Below, piece by piece: positions 21,661-30,157 of a stretch of DNA of 64,000 nucleotides; position 1 is the first letter of the stretch, and every line of letters starts with the position of its first letter. The notes beneath the pieces were generated by a model. It worked only from the letters and a program-made list of their open reading frames with translations, did not search any database and had not been told where the DNA came from. The stretch covers positions 41,665 to 105,664 of the forward strand of contig DJHK01000001.1 in NCBI GenBank assembly GCA_002433065.1, given 5' to 3'. This DNA comes from Chloroflexi bacterium UBA6622 (GTDB taxonomy: Bacteria > Chloroflexota > UBA11872). Made by a program: the position numbers and the translations under genes.

Positions 21661-22253
21661 GACAACCGTCGCCGTAGTTCCTGTTCCCCCACTTCAACCT
21701 TTTCACCAAACACGTTATCGGCGACATTTTCGACGTGCATGATCAATGCATCCTCAAAATCGTCACTGTAATAGCGTGGCCGAATACCCCCTTCAGTAAA
21801 ACCATACTTTCGATACAGCGCCTGAGCTGACTGATTGCTCATTCGCACCTCCAGCGTCATACGAACAGCACCGGCAAGCACAGCAAGCTTGGCCATTTGC
21901 ACCATGAGCAACTCCCCGATGCCTCGACGCCGAAACGCAGGATCGACCGCAATTGTTGTGATGTGTGCCTCATCAATCATGATCCATAGGCCCGCGTACG
22001 CAACGATGTCACAGCTCCTACTACGGGCGAACGGAAAAACAGATAATGGAAATCGAGGCTTTTTCTGATCCTGATTTCCTCCCGCACTGCTGTCTGCCCG
22101 AACCACCATGTACTGAGCCTGCTCGTTCTTGAGGATTTCCCGTCGATAGGAATTCCTCGGCCACCTGCTAGGAAACGAGACCCTCTCAATTCGCCGAACC
22201 TGATCGAGATCATCAAGCGTCATCGGCACGACGCGAAATATCTCATCAGTCAT
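21642..22253 (-). CDS. rimI: GNAT acetyltransferase, RimI-like (ribosomal-protein-alanine acetyltransferase)
   Basis: GNAT core (RRRGIGELLM, acetyl-CoA binding). The position between tsaB and tsaD is the conserved rimI slot. Start set at internal Met29 (MTDEIF); the track ORF continues upstream into tsaB. Confidence 0.7.
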   Translation of the reverse strand: MTDEIFRVVPMTLDDLDQVRRIERVSFPSRWPRNSYRREILKNEQAQYMVVRADSSAGGNQDQKKPRFPLSVFPFARSRSCDIVAYAGLWIMIDEAHITTIAVDPAFRRRGIGELLMVQMAKLAVLAGAVRMTLEVRMSNQSAQALYRKYGFTEGGIRPRYYSDDFEDALIMHVENVADNVFGEKVEVGEQELRRRLSWSSQL

Positions 22254-22914
22254 CGGTGCTGGCCTTGTGTTGGTCTGATGCTTGGACCCATGGCTTCGCC
22301 GTGGTTGGCGGCTGAATGTAGACAGGCTCTGCTCCAAACAAAGCCGGTCCCGAGTTCTCGACCAGCCGACATAACGCCATAGAAATCATGCTTTCGAGAG
22401 CGGTAGCTCCGCTGACAACCAAAGGTTGACCCACTACATCGTCGAGAACCATATGCAAGCCACAATTATCAGCCGTAGCCACCACATGATTTTTCGTGAG
22501 CAACGCCCCAAACATATCGGCACTCACCAACTGAGCATCATCTCCATTTGGTTCAGCAAAATACCAACGGTTTCGACCCGCCGGGAGGACAACAACACAA
22601 TCCAAGCGTCCAACGGATCGTTGAACAACACTAACGGAACTAACTCCGAGCAACGGTAGTCCACGAGCGAATGAAAATCCTTTAGCAAAGGCCATGCCAC
22701 CACGTAGAGCAGCAAATCTTCCAGGCCCGGTCGCCACAACAACCGCGTCCACATCATCATCCACGCCATTATTGTTGCAGGCACTTCCCAAAGCTTGGTC
22801 TAGCAAAACCTCAAGAGGAGCTGGCCACTGGCTTTCTGTGATGCCCAGCAAGCCATCAGCACCACCAACCCCCACCGAGGCTGTTTCAAAAGACGTATTT
22901 ATGGCAACAATCAC
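22246..22914 (-). CDS. tsaB: tRNA t6A synthesis protein TsaB (YeaZ)
   Basis: Inactive Kae1-like ASKHA paralogue. The conserved N-terminus IVIVAINTSFETASVGV begins at an internal GTG (about 22914). The track ATG would overlap tsaE by 70 bp. Confidence 0.75.
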   Translation of the reverse strand: MIVAINTSFETASVGVGGADGLLGITESQWPAPLEVLLDQALGSACNNNGVDDDVDAVVVATGPGRFAALRGGMAFAKGFSFARGLPLLGVSSVSVVQRSVGRLDCVVVLPAGRNRWYFAEPNGDDAQLVSADMFGALLTKNHVVATADNCGLHMVLDDVVGQPLVVSGATALESMISMALCRLVENSGPALFGAEPVYIQPPTTAKPWVQASDQHKASTDD

Positions 22915-23402
22915 GATATATCTGCCTGCCCGGCCACAACCTGATCGATAATGGCGCAGGCCATCGCGCCGTGACCCCAAAAGCTTATGTGCCGACGGTC
23001 ACTCGAACTTGCAACAAGCTCGACATCAATCCGCATATCCGGTACCTGTTGGTCGGCTCGATCAACCCACTCGACAGCTATCACATCGGCCTCCAGAATC
23101 AAATCCAACCAACCAATAGATTCCAGATCATCAACCTGGCTAATACGATAAAGGTCCACATGAGTCAGACATCTGCGACCGGCATGGTGCTGCGCCACAA
23201 AAGTGTAGGTCGGCGAAGTCACGTCGTCGGACATCCCAAGACCATCGGCAATTCCCTTCACGAACACCGTCTTGCCGACGCCGAGAAACCCACGAACACC
23301 GATAAACATAGCGCCGGTCAGTGCCTGACCAAGTACACGTCCAAGCCATCGAGTTTCTTCGGTATCACTCGTGACCAACGTTACGTGGCGTTCAGTAACC
23401 AT
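22911..23402 (-). CDS. tsaE: tRNA t6A synthesis ATPase TsaE (YjeE)
   Basis: P-loop GFLGVGKTVFVKGIA in a roughly 160-aa protein is the TsaE signature. It is first in the tsaE-tsaB-rimI-tsaD arrangement. Confidence 0.8.
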   Translation of the reverse strand: MVTERHVTLVTSDTEETRWLGRVLGQALTGAMFIGVRGFLGVGKTVFVKGIADGLGMSDDVTSPTYTFVAQHHAGRRCLTHVDLYRISQVDDLESIGWLDLILEADVIAVEWVDRADQQVPDMRIDVELVASSSDRRHISFWGHGAMACAIIDQVVAGQADIS

Positions 23403-23480
23403 AAGTTAGCGCTCACAACTCGCTTTACCACCGGTAAAGTCCGGGCCTAGACTTCGTTCTGCCTCCATTGAATTAGAGCG
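23403..23480. promoter_or_regulatory. Divergent intergenic region between tsaE (-) and the GT4 gene (+); presumed bidirectional promoter region
   Basis: Only a 78-bp non-coding gap separates two divergently oriented operons. I did not find a convincing -35/-10 by eye. Confidence 0.2.
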
Positions 23481-24707
23481 ATGGGGGTACCGCATGTACC
23501 GGAGTTTCAAGCCGTGCGCCGTCATATTGTCAAAATCGCCCCTACCGACTTTTTCTCTGATTACGGTTGCCATGTTCGAATCCTTGAAGAAGCTCGGCGG
23601 CTCCAAACTCACAATCACGATGTCACGATTCTCACCTATCCAGGCGGCATTAACCCTGAAAACCTTCGTATTATTCGTGTTTCTGGATGGTTTAGTAGTG
23701 ATCGTCCACGCGTCGGATCGCGATGGAACAAGCTGTTGCTTGACCCGGCGCTCCTTGCAATGTCGCTTGGGCGTATGGCCAGACGCCGTATTGACGTTGT
23801 ACATGCCCACCTACACGAGGGCGTCCTAGTCGGATGGCCACTAGCTCGCCTGCATCGAGCTCCCCTCGTTTTTGATTATCAAGGCAGCCTGACGCGAGAA
23901 ATGGTGGATCACCAATTCATTAAAGACCAGAGCCCAACGTTAACGATTTTTGGTGGTCTAGAACGCCTGGCAAATACGCTACCGGACAAAATCCTTACAA
24001 GTTCAGAGAACTCCAGAACCTCGCTTGTTGAGAATTTCGGCGTGGCTCCAACCCGCGTGGCCGCGGTCACGGACGGCGTGGACGTAGACACCTTTCGCCC
24101 CCGAGAACGAAAGGATACCGATCGGATCTTCCGTCTACGCCAAAGACTAGGCATACCCATGGATCATCTAATCGTCGGGTACCTCGGATTACTAGCTGAA
24201 TATCAAGGAACCGGGGATTTGATTCGGGCCGCTCAAGAAATCATCAGCCGAACACCAAACACTCATTTCCTGGTCATGGGATTTCCCAACACAGAAGCCT
24301 ATCGATCTGCCGCCGCCGACGCCGGGCTCTCCACGCATATGACTTTTACTGGAAGGATCGCCTATGAAGACGCTCCTGAAATGCTCCGCTTGCTCGACAT
24401 TGCGGTCGCCCCCAAGCGGTCAGAAACAGAAGGCAATGGGAAAGTCCTTAATTACATGGCCACGGGCCTGCCAACAGTCACCTATGACGGCCCAGTGACA
24501 CGAGAACTTCTTGGAAAATACGGCCTTAGAGTTCCGGTTGGCTCTGTTCCGGAACTCGGGAAATCAATCGAGCGCTATCTTGCGGATCCCAATCTACGAA
24601 AAACACACGGTGATGGGTTGCGGCACCGAGCCACGCAGCATTACTCGTGGGACCGACAGATCCTTAAGATTCTTGATGTGTACTCATCACTGTGGAACCC
24701 AGAATGA
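23481..24707 (+). CDS. Glycosyltransferase family 4 (GT-B, retaining) protein
   Basis: GT4 architecture with the C-terminal EX7E-type motif region SETEGNGKVLNYMATGLPTVT and an N-terminal acceptor domain. It lies directly upstream of the mraY homologue. Confidence 0.75.
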   Translation: MGVPHVPEFQAVRRHIVKIAPTDFFSDYGCHVRILEEARRLQTHNHDVTILTYPGGINPENLRIIRVSGWFSSDRPRVGSRWNKLLLDPALLAMSLGRMARRRIDVVHAHLHEGVLVGWPLARLHRAPLVFDYQGSLTREMVDHQFIKDQSPTLTIFGGLERLANTLPDKILTSSENSRTSLVENFGVAPTRVAAVTDGVDVDTFRPRERKDTDRIFRLRQRLGIPMDHLIVGYLGLLAEYQGTGDLIRAAQEIISRTPNTHFLVMGFPNTEAYRSAAADAGLSTHMTFTGRIAYEDAPEMLRLLDIAVAPKRSETEGNGKVLNYMATGLPTVTYDGPVTRELLGKYGLRVPVGSVPELGKSIERYLADPNLRKTHGDGLRHRATQHYSWDRQILKILDVYSSLWNPE

Positions 24708-24722
24708 CGGCGGCCTCCATAC

Positions 24723-26105
24723 TTGAAGTGTCATTGCACCTCAGCGACCACGATGGATCCACGACTTAGCGGCCTCATAGCCGCAGGAATAACCATCCTT
24801 ATTACCGCAGGGGTCACCCGAGCGGCATTAGCCTTTTTCCCTCGATTTACATCGCGGGAAATCAAGGTTGGCACTCACCGTATCGCTGAAGACCAATCGA
24901 CCAGAAGTAAACTGCCGCTCGTTGCCGGACCAGCCCTGGCAATAGGCCTTAGTGCCGGCGCAATCGTTAGTACGAGCAATGCCGAAACCACACACGTCTG
25001 GTGGCTTCTATTGGCCACTAGTGGATTTTTTGTGTTTGGTTTCATTGATGACACAGCCAAGGCAACAAGAGGCCACGGTGTCAGCGAGCGGGCCTACTTC
25101 ACCATGATGTTGCTCCTCTCGATCGGACTCGTCTTGCTGCTGGTCGGATCAGGAGTAAGCCAAAGCACTGCGGGATCACAGTTTGCGCTTGCCACGTACT
25201 TGGGACCAGATTCGCAACTAGTACTGAGCGTCTGGTACGTGTTTCTCGTGCTTGGAACCACTCTTGCTACCAGCTTTAGTGATGGAATGGACGGTCTCAC
25301 ATCTGGATCAACAGCCATACTGATGCTCGGAATAGCAGTACTTGCCGGGTCTATCGCGCAAGGTTGGCCAACTCTTGTAGCTGCCGGATCGTTGGGTGTT
25401 TTGCTATGGAATCTCCCTTCACGATGGTCGCCATCGAGAAACTCCCACACTAGATATGCTCGAGTGTTCCTCGGTGATAGCGGTGCACTCCTGTTGGGAA
25501 GTGCTATGGCTGCGTCTGCAATCGCAACTGGGTTTGATCTCCTGTGGCCCCTACTCGCTGGACCTCTGCTCTTGGAAGGATTCTCCTCCCTTATTCAGGC
25601 AAAACTACTCGTACCTATATACCGACGCCTCGTTGATCCAAGAAATACCGATGGATCACCAATGTCACACCAACGCTTCCCTCTTCCATTATTGGCTTCG
25701 CCATTGCACCACCATTGGGAATTATTGGGAATAAACCGCCTGAAGGTAGTCCTTATGTTTTGGTCATGTATCGCAGCCGCAACAATTTTGGGTGTTGCTG
25801 CCGCTGGGACTACTGGTGCTTGGACAACTGTGACCCTGCTGGTACTAAGCGGGACCTGTACGTTAGGTTTTTGGATCGTGGCAATGTGGTTTCGACCAGC
25901 CTTTGTTCGGGTTAGGGACGAATCAATCGTTGTCTTCCACGGTCGACCGATTGAGATCGGTCCGTTTCACCTATCTCGAGAACGTGAAATCATTCCAGAT
26001 ACGCGACTCTCAATAAGAGCGACACAGGACAACATGCTGAACAAGCCAATGAACGCCCAGGCTCTGGCGGAGTGGATATCCTGTAATCGAGATCCACAAA
26101 GTTAA
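24723..26105 (+). CDS. mraY: Phospho-N-acetylmuramoyl-pentapeptide transferase homologue (MraY/WecA superfamily) with a roughly 100-aa C-terminal extension
   Basis: The conserved PNPT motifs are GFIDD, SFSDGMDGLTSG (NxxNxxDGxDGL), FLGDSGALLLG, and the MraY-type PLHHHWELLG followed by an RFW-like segment. The track ORF encodes 460 aa against about 320-360 aa for MraY; the extra residues lie mostly C-terminal to the HHH loop. Confidence 0.75.
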   Translation: MKCHCTSATTMDPRLSGLIAAGITILITAGVTRAALAFFPRFTSREIKVGTHRIAEDQSTRSKLPLVAGPALAIGLSAGAIVSTSNAETTHVWWLLLATSGFFVFGFIDDTAKATRGHGVSERAYFTMMLLLSIGLVLLLVGSGVSQSTAGSQFALATYLGPDSQLVLSVWYVFLVLGTTLATSFSDGMDGLTSGSTAILMLGIAVLAGSIAQGWPTLVAAGSLGVLLWNLPSRWSPSRNSHTRYARVFLGDSGALLLGSAMAASAIATGFDLLWPLLAGPLLLEGFSSLIQAKLLVPIYRRLVDPRNTDGSPMSHQRFPLPLLASPLHHHWELLGINRLKVVLMFWSCIAAATILGVAAAGTTGAWTTVTLLVLSGTCTLGFWIVAMWFRPAFVRVRDESIVVFHGRPIEIGPFHLSREREIIPDTRLSIRATQDNMLNKPMNAQALAEWISCNRDPQS

Positions 26106-26202
26106 ATGAACTCGCCGCCCTCATTCAATCACTATCAAACCTGACTGACCGAAGTTGCCTATGAAACCCATCGACTGATAATCGATACGAGGTCTAGACC
26201 CC

Positions 26203-27618
26203 ATGTTTACGCTCGCCGACGTTCTTGCCGCTGGAGAACAGCCAACTACACGAGAAGCCCATTCAGTGAGCCTCCGAGGCGCCCATTACGATAGTCGGAA
26301 GGTTGGCCACGGCATGTTGTTTGTGGCTATGCCAGGCGCCCAAGTGGACGGTAACGATTATATAAATGATGCGTTTACAAGAGGTGCCTCCGCCGTTCTC
26401 GCTGAGCGTCCAGACCCAACATCGAACATCTCACGGCAAGTCATTGTTCCCAATTCGATTCAGGTATTTCAGAAGTTGGCTCATCACATTCGCTCTCAGT
26501 CTTCTGCAGAAATAATTGGTGTAACAGGGAGTAATGGGAAAACCTCCACTAAACAAGCATTATTCGCAGCACTCAGCGCTCATGGATCAACACTCGCAAC
26601 AGACCGTAGTGAAAATACTGATGTCGGCGTTCCTACCACGCTCTCTCGCTTACATCCCGACCATCAATTTGCGGTCATAGAGATGGGTGCCCAAATCCAA
26701 GGGGAGATTTCTTCTTATTGCCAAATCGCCCATCCAAACATCGCCGTCATAACAAATCTTTCTGCCGCACACATCGGCGAGTTCGGATCAATGGAAAACA
26801 TTGTGAAGGCAAAATCAGAACTCATTCAAGGATTGCGGGACGGCGGCCCCACCATCCTTCCCCATTCAGGTCCATCGATCGACCATCTGAGAACATTAGC
26901 TCCAGGTCGTGTAGTTTCGTTTGGCCGTGAAGCCGAAGCCGATGTGTCTGTCGGCTTATCCATAAACTCGACCGGAAGTACAGTCACGATCACAGCTGGA
27001 TCCTATAACTCAAAAATTGAAGCAAAAGGAATTGCCGGACCTGTCGACCTAGCCTTTGGAGCCGCTATCGCTGTAACCCTGGCACTCGAACTACCAATTG
27101 AAGAATCGGTATCCGGACTTCAAGCATTCCAGCCGGCACCGCACCGCATGGCCCTCCGACCCAGCGCGAGCGGAATCATGGTCCTTGACGACAGCTATAA
27201 CGCAAACACAGCATCAATGACCGAAGCCCTACGTATGTTCCACGAACTTCCTGTTCAGGGGCGAAAATACGCCGTACTCGGAGACATGCTTGAGCTTGGT
27301 CCAAGTACACACACTGAGCATCGCAAGATCGGTCATACGGCAGCAACGGTCGACGTTTTGTTTGCCATCGGCCAGATGGCCGACCTGCTTGCCCAAGGTG
27401 CGATCCAAGCTGGAATGTCGAGCCAAAAGATACATGTGCTGGCTACAGAAACCCTAGACTCGGAAGAGCTCGGCGAAGCAAGAAAAAAACTGCAACAGCT
27501 AATCCATGCGCTTGTTAAACCTGGAGACGCAATTCTGCTGAAAGCCAGCAATGGGATTGGACTAAGTGCAGTTTCGGACGCAATCGCTATTGGCACTGAC
27601 GATCAGACAGCAACTTAG
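26203..27618 (+). CDS. murF: UDP-MurNAc-tripeptide--D-alanyl-D-alanine ligase
   Basis: Mur ligase P-loop IGVTGSNGKTST, the central domain, C-terminal DDSYNAN, and LGDMLELG typical of MurF. Confidence 0.9.
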   Translation: MFTLADVLAAGEQPTTREAHSVSLRGAHYDSRKVGHGMLFVAMPGAQVDGNDYINDAFTRGASAVLAERPDPTSNISRQVIVPNSIQVFQKLAHHIRSQSSAEIIGVTGSNGKTSTKQALFAALSAHGSTLATDRSENTDVGVPTTLSRLHPDHQFAVIEMGAQIQGEISSYCQIAHPNIAVITNLSAAHIGEFGSMENIVKAKSELIQGLRDGGPTILPHSGPSIDHLRTLAPGRVVSFGREAEADVSVGLSINSTGSTVTITAGSYNSKIEAKGIAGPVDLAFGAAIAVTLALELPIEESVSGLQAFQPAPHRMALRPSASGIMVLDDSYNANTASMTEALRMFHELPVQGRKYAVLGDMLELGPSTHTEHRKIGHTAATVDVLFAIGQMADLLAQGAIQAGMSSQKIHVLATETLDSEELGEARKKLQQLIHALVKPGDAILLKASNGIGLSAVSDAIAIGTDDQTAT

Positions 27619-27637
27619 ACCACTCACACATCAGCCT

Positions 27638-28540
27638 CTAAGCATCATTTTTTGCAGCTCGACGTTCTGCTCGACGTTCCTTAGCAGCTTCTTCGCTCCG
27701 AAAATTTTGTATCCAGGTTGATGAAAATGAGTCATGACCATGAATAAGATTCGCAGCCATTACCGCATGCCGAGTTTCCTTGTGAGTCATGTCCAAGATC
27801 GCGGCCGTTAGGCCAGACTCAATCGCAAGTAGCAGTGTTGCAGCATTAAGCGAGCGACGATTAGGGAGACCAAACGACACATTGCTCAGGCCAATGCTCA
27901 TGTTCACACCATCCTCATCAGCCAATGTGTGGATCGCTTGAATCAAGCCAGGACCATACACGTCATTAGCACCGATGGGCAGGCACACCGGATCGATCAC
28001 GATGTCTTCAGCCCGGACCCCATGCTCACCAGCAACTGCGATGAGCGAGCGAGCATTGTCGACTCGTTCCTGCGCAGTTTCGGGCATGGCTGCACCGCCT
28101 TTGGTGCACATGCCAATCATCGCCGCTCCATGCTCTGCAATCGCCGGGAGGAGTTCGTCCATATAGTCCGCCTCAAAAGGCACGGAGTTAACGATAGGAC
28201 GACCTTCCGCCACCTCAAGCCCGGCAAGAAGCACCTTCACCGTATAGCTGTCAATGCTCACTGGTACGTCCACAACTTCCTGCACCGCGCGGACCGCATC
28301 ACGCATTTTTCTTTCTTCAATATCGTGATGTGGGTCACCCGTGTTGACGTCAATAACTCGAGCCCCAGCAGCTACCTGGCGTTTGGCATCGCGTTGTACG
28401 AACGCCCAATCACCGATGTCATAAGCTCGCTGCAATCTAGGCTTATTGGTCGGATTGAGTCTTTCACCAATGGGAGTAAATGGTCTATCACGACCTATCA
28501 CTACCTCAAGACCATCACGACCACGCAACACTGTGTCCAC
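27638..28540 (-). CDS. Pterin-binding (DHPS-fold) methyltransferase, MetH pterin domain / AcsE-MtrH type
   Basis: IGERLNPT, IDVNTGD, IDSYT, AEHGAAMIGM, VIDPVCLPIGAN and GLSNVSFGLPNRRSLNAATLL match the methyltetrahydrofolate-binding TIM barrel of MetH and AcsE. The match to AcsE specifically is from memory. There are no B12 or Hcy domains and there is a basic C-terminal tail. Confidence 0.7.
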   Translation of the reverse strand: MDTVLRGRDGLEVVIGRDRPFTPIGERLNPTNKPRLQRAYDIGDWAFVQRDAKRQVAAGARVIDVNTGDPHHDIEERKMRDAVRAVQEVVDVPVSIDSYTVKVLLAGLEVAEGRPIVNSVPFEADYMDELLPAIAEHGAAMIGMCTKGGAAMPETAQERVDNARSLIAVAGEHGVRAEDIVIDPVCLPIGANDVYGPGLIQAIHTLADEDGVNMSIGLSNVSFGLPNRRSLNAATLLLAIESGLTAAILDMTHKETRHAVMAANLIHGHDSFSSTWIQNFRSEEAAKERRAERRAAKNDA

Positions 28541-28643
28541 TACTTCAACCTCTCACGCGGCGCGCAGCCACGCTCGGATTTCGAACGGGCGAATTCGAAG
28601 GATACGCGGGACGCGCGCCAACCAGCAACGATATTCCCTAATC

Positions 28644-29501
28644 CTATGGCTGTCGGAGCACACCATCGGCAACCGCGAGAGCATCACGCGTCGCAGCAAC
28701 ATCATGTACACGAAGCATATCGGCACCACGCATAGCGCCCAAAACAGCAGCCGAAATAGATCCAGCCAGGCGTTTTCCGACCGGCTGCCCGGTTAGTTCA
28801 CCAATGAACGACTTCCGTGAAACACCAACTAAGATAGGAAATCCAACTTGTCGAACCAGTGCCAGATCCTGCAAAAGTTGAATGTTCTGGACTGGTGTTT
28901 TCCCAAACCCGAATCCGGGATCAAATATCAGAAGGTCTTGGTCGACGCCACGAGCTATAACGCGAGCACAGAGTTCCTTGCCCTCCCGTACCACGTCTTC
29001 GCTTACATTCAAATATTCGACGGCACGAAACTGCCCGCCAAGCGGTGTCATCATGGCCTCAGCAGGACGATTGTGTGTCACCACCAACGGAACACCTGCT
29101 GACACCGCCACATCAACTATTTCTGGATCGTGCATTGATCCGCTGACATCGTTGATCATGTTTGCTCCGGCTTCGATTGCCTTCTGAGCAACCCGAGCTC
29201 TTCGCGTATCCACAGAGATTGGCACATGAGCGGCGACAGACTTAGCCAGCTCTATTGCAGGTAGAACTCGACTGATTTCAGTATCCACCGAAACACATGA
29301 GGCACCGGGCCGAGTTGATTCCCCTCCAATATCAAGAACGTCCGGATGTTCATCCACAAGACGATGGATACGTTCTCGTATCTTGCTCGGCTGACCAGTA
29401 ACACCATCGCCGCTAAACGAATCAGGCGTCACATTGAGTATGCCCATCACATAAGTTCTGGCTCCCCACACAAACTCTTGATCAGCAATCAACATGGCCA
29501 A
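28644..29501 (-). CDS. folP: Dihydropteroate synthase
   Basis: GILNVTPDSFSGDG, DIGGESTRPGA and VGVSRKSFIGEL are the canonical FolP motifs. Confidence 0.9.
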   Translation of the reverse strand: MAMLIADQEFVWGARTYVMGILNVTPDSFSGDGVTGQPSKIRERIHRLVDEHPDVLDIGGESTRPGASCVSVDTEISRVLPAIELAKSVAAHVPISVDTRRARVAQKAIEAGANMINDVSGSMHDPEIVDVAVSAGVPLVVTHNRPAEAMMTPLGGQFRAVEYLNVSEDVVREGKELCARVIARGVDQDLLIFDPGFGFGKTPVQNIQLLQDLALVRQVGFPILVGVSRKSFIGELTGQPVGKRLAGSISAAVLGAMRGADMLRVHDVAATRDALAVADGVLRQP

Positions 29502-29522
29502 AGCATTCGAGATGTGCGCAAC

Positions 29523-30080
29523 ATGACCTCTACGCGGGATACTGGACTAAGAATATGCGGTCTGAAGAACATCCGGGAGAAACATTTGACGCAAAGAAAG
29601 GTCGGCGGCCAGGTTAACCGTAGGTTTTTCTTCTGCGGGATCAGTTTGGGCAGCATGCTGCTGGCCATTAGCGGATGCGGAACACCAGATTCCAAACCGT
29701 CCCCAACACCAGCGGAAACTGCAAATACTGATGCTGCTCAACCATCGGGGCCTAATCTCGCACGTGACCTTCCGGCGCTCCCCGAAATGAAAGGTGGGCG
29801 AGGTGATCAATCCCAAAGCTTCACAGAAAATGGCCGCCTCGACCGGATTGTCTACTTCTCGGGCGTGACGGCTGGTCACGTTCTGAACTACTACCTGGAT
29901 GAAATGCCGGCTATCGGATGGACGGAGGTTTCTCGATCAACACTCAGCGCCAAAGGCGGTGAAATCGAATACGAAAGCCCTGACAAAACCGCACGTCTTC
30001 GTATCAAGGTCACGCGGGAACCTAGAAACAGATCAAACACAATGCTGGCCTTATCTACCAAGTTAGACGGCAAGAACTAG
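29523..30080 (+). CDS. Hypothetical lipoprotein
   Basis: The track ORF (29346-30080) overlaps the folP 5' end. An internal in-frame ATG at about 29523 gives a basic n-region, a hydrophobic h-region and a lipobox-like LAISGC. The mature part is Pro/Ser/Thr-rich, then a small globular domain. I recognise no homology. Confidence 0.45.
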   Translation: MTSTRDTGLRICGLKNIREKHLTQRKVGGQVNRRFFFCGISLGSMLLAISGCGTPDSKPSPTPAETANTDAAQPSGPNLARDLPALPEMKGGRGDQSQSFTENGRLDRIVYFSGVTAGHVLNYYLDEMPAIGWTEVSRSTLSAKGGEIEYESPDKTARLRIKVTREPRNRSNTMLALSTKLDGKN

Positions 30081-30157
30081 CGACCTTCCTTTGAAGCCCT
30101 ACATTTATGATCAAACAATTCTCTAAACCCGCTCATTATGAAACCGGTAGCGGAAGC

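Noticed and set aside
27929-28735. 268-aa plus-strand ORF antisense to the pterin-binding methyltransferase and the folP upstream region
   Set aside because: It is a shadow ORF opposite a gene with clear MetH/AcsE motifs. It has no recognisable domains and is His/Arg-rich and low-complexity.
29346-29522. 5' part of the 244-aa track ORF that overlaps the folP start on the opposite strand
   Set aside because: A lipoprotein-type signal peptide begins at the internal ATG at about 29523. The upstream part is antisense to FolP's conserved N-terminus and is probably not translated.
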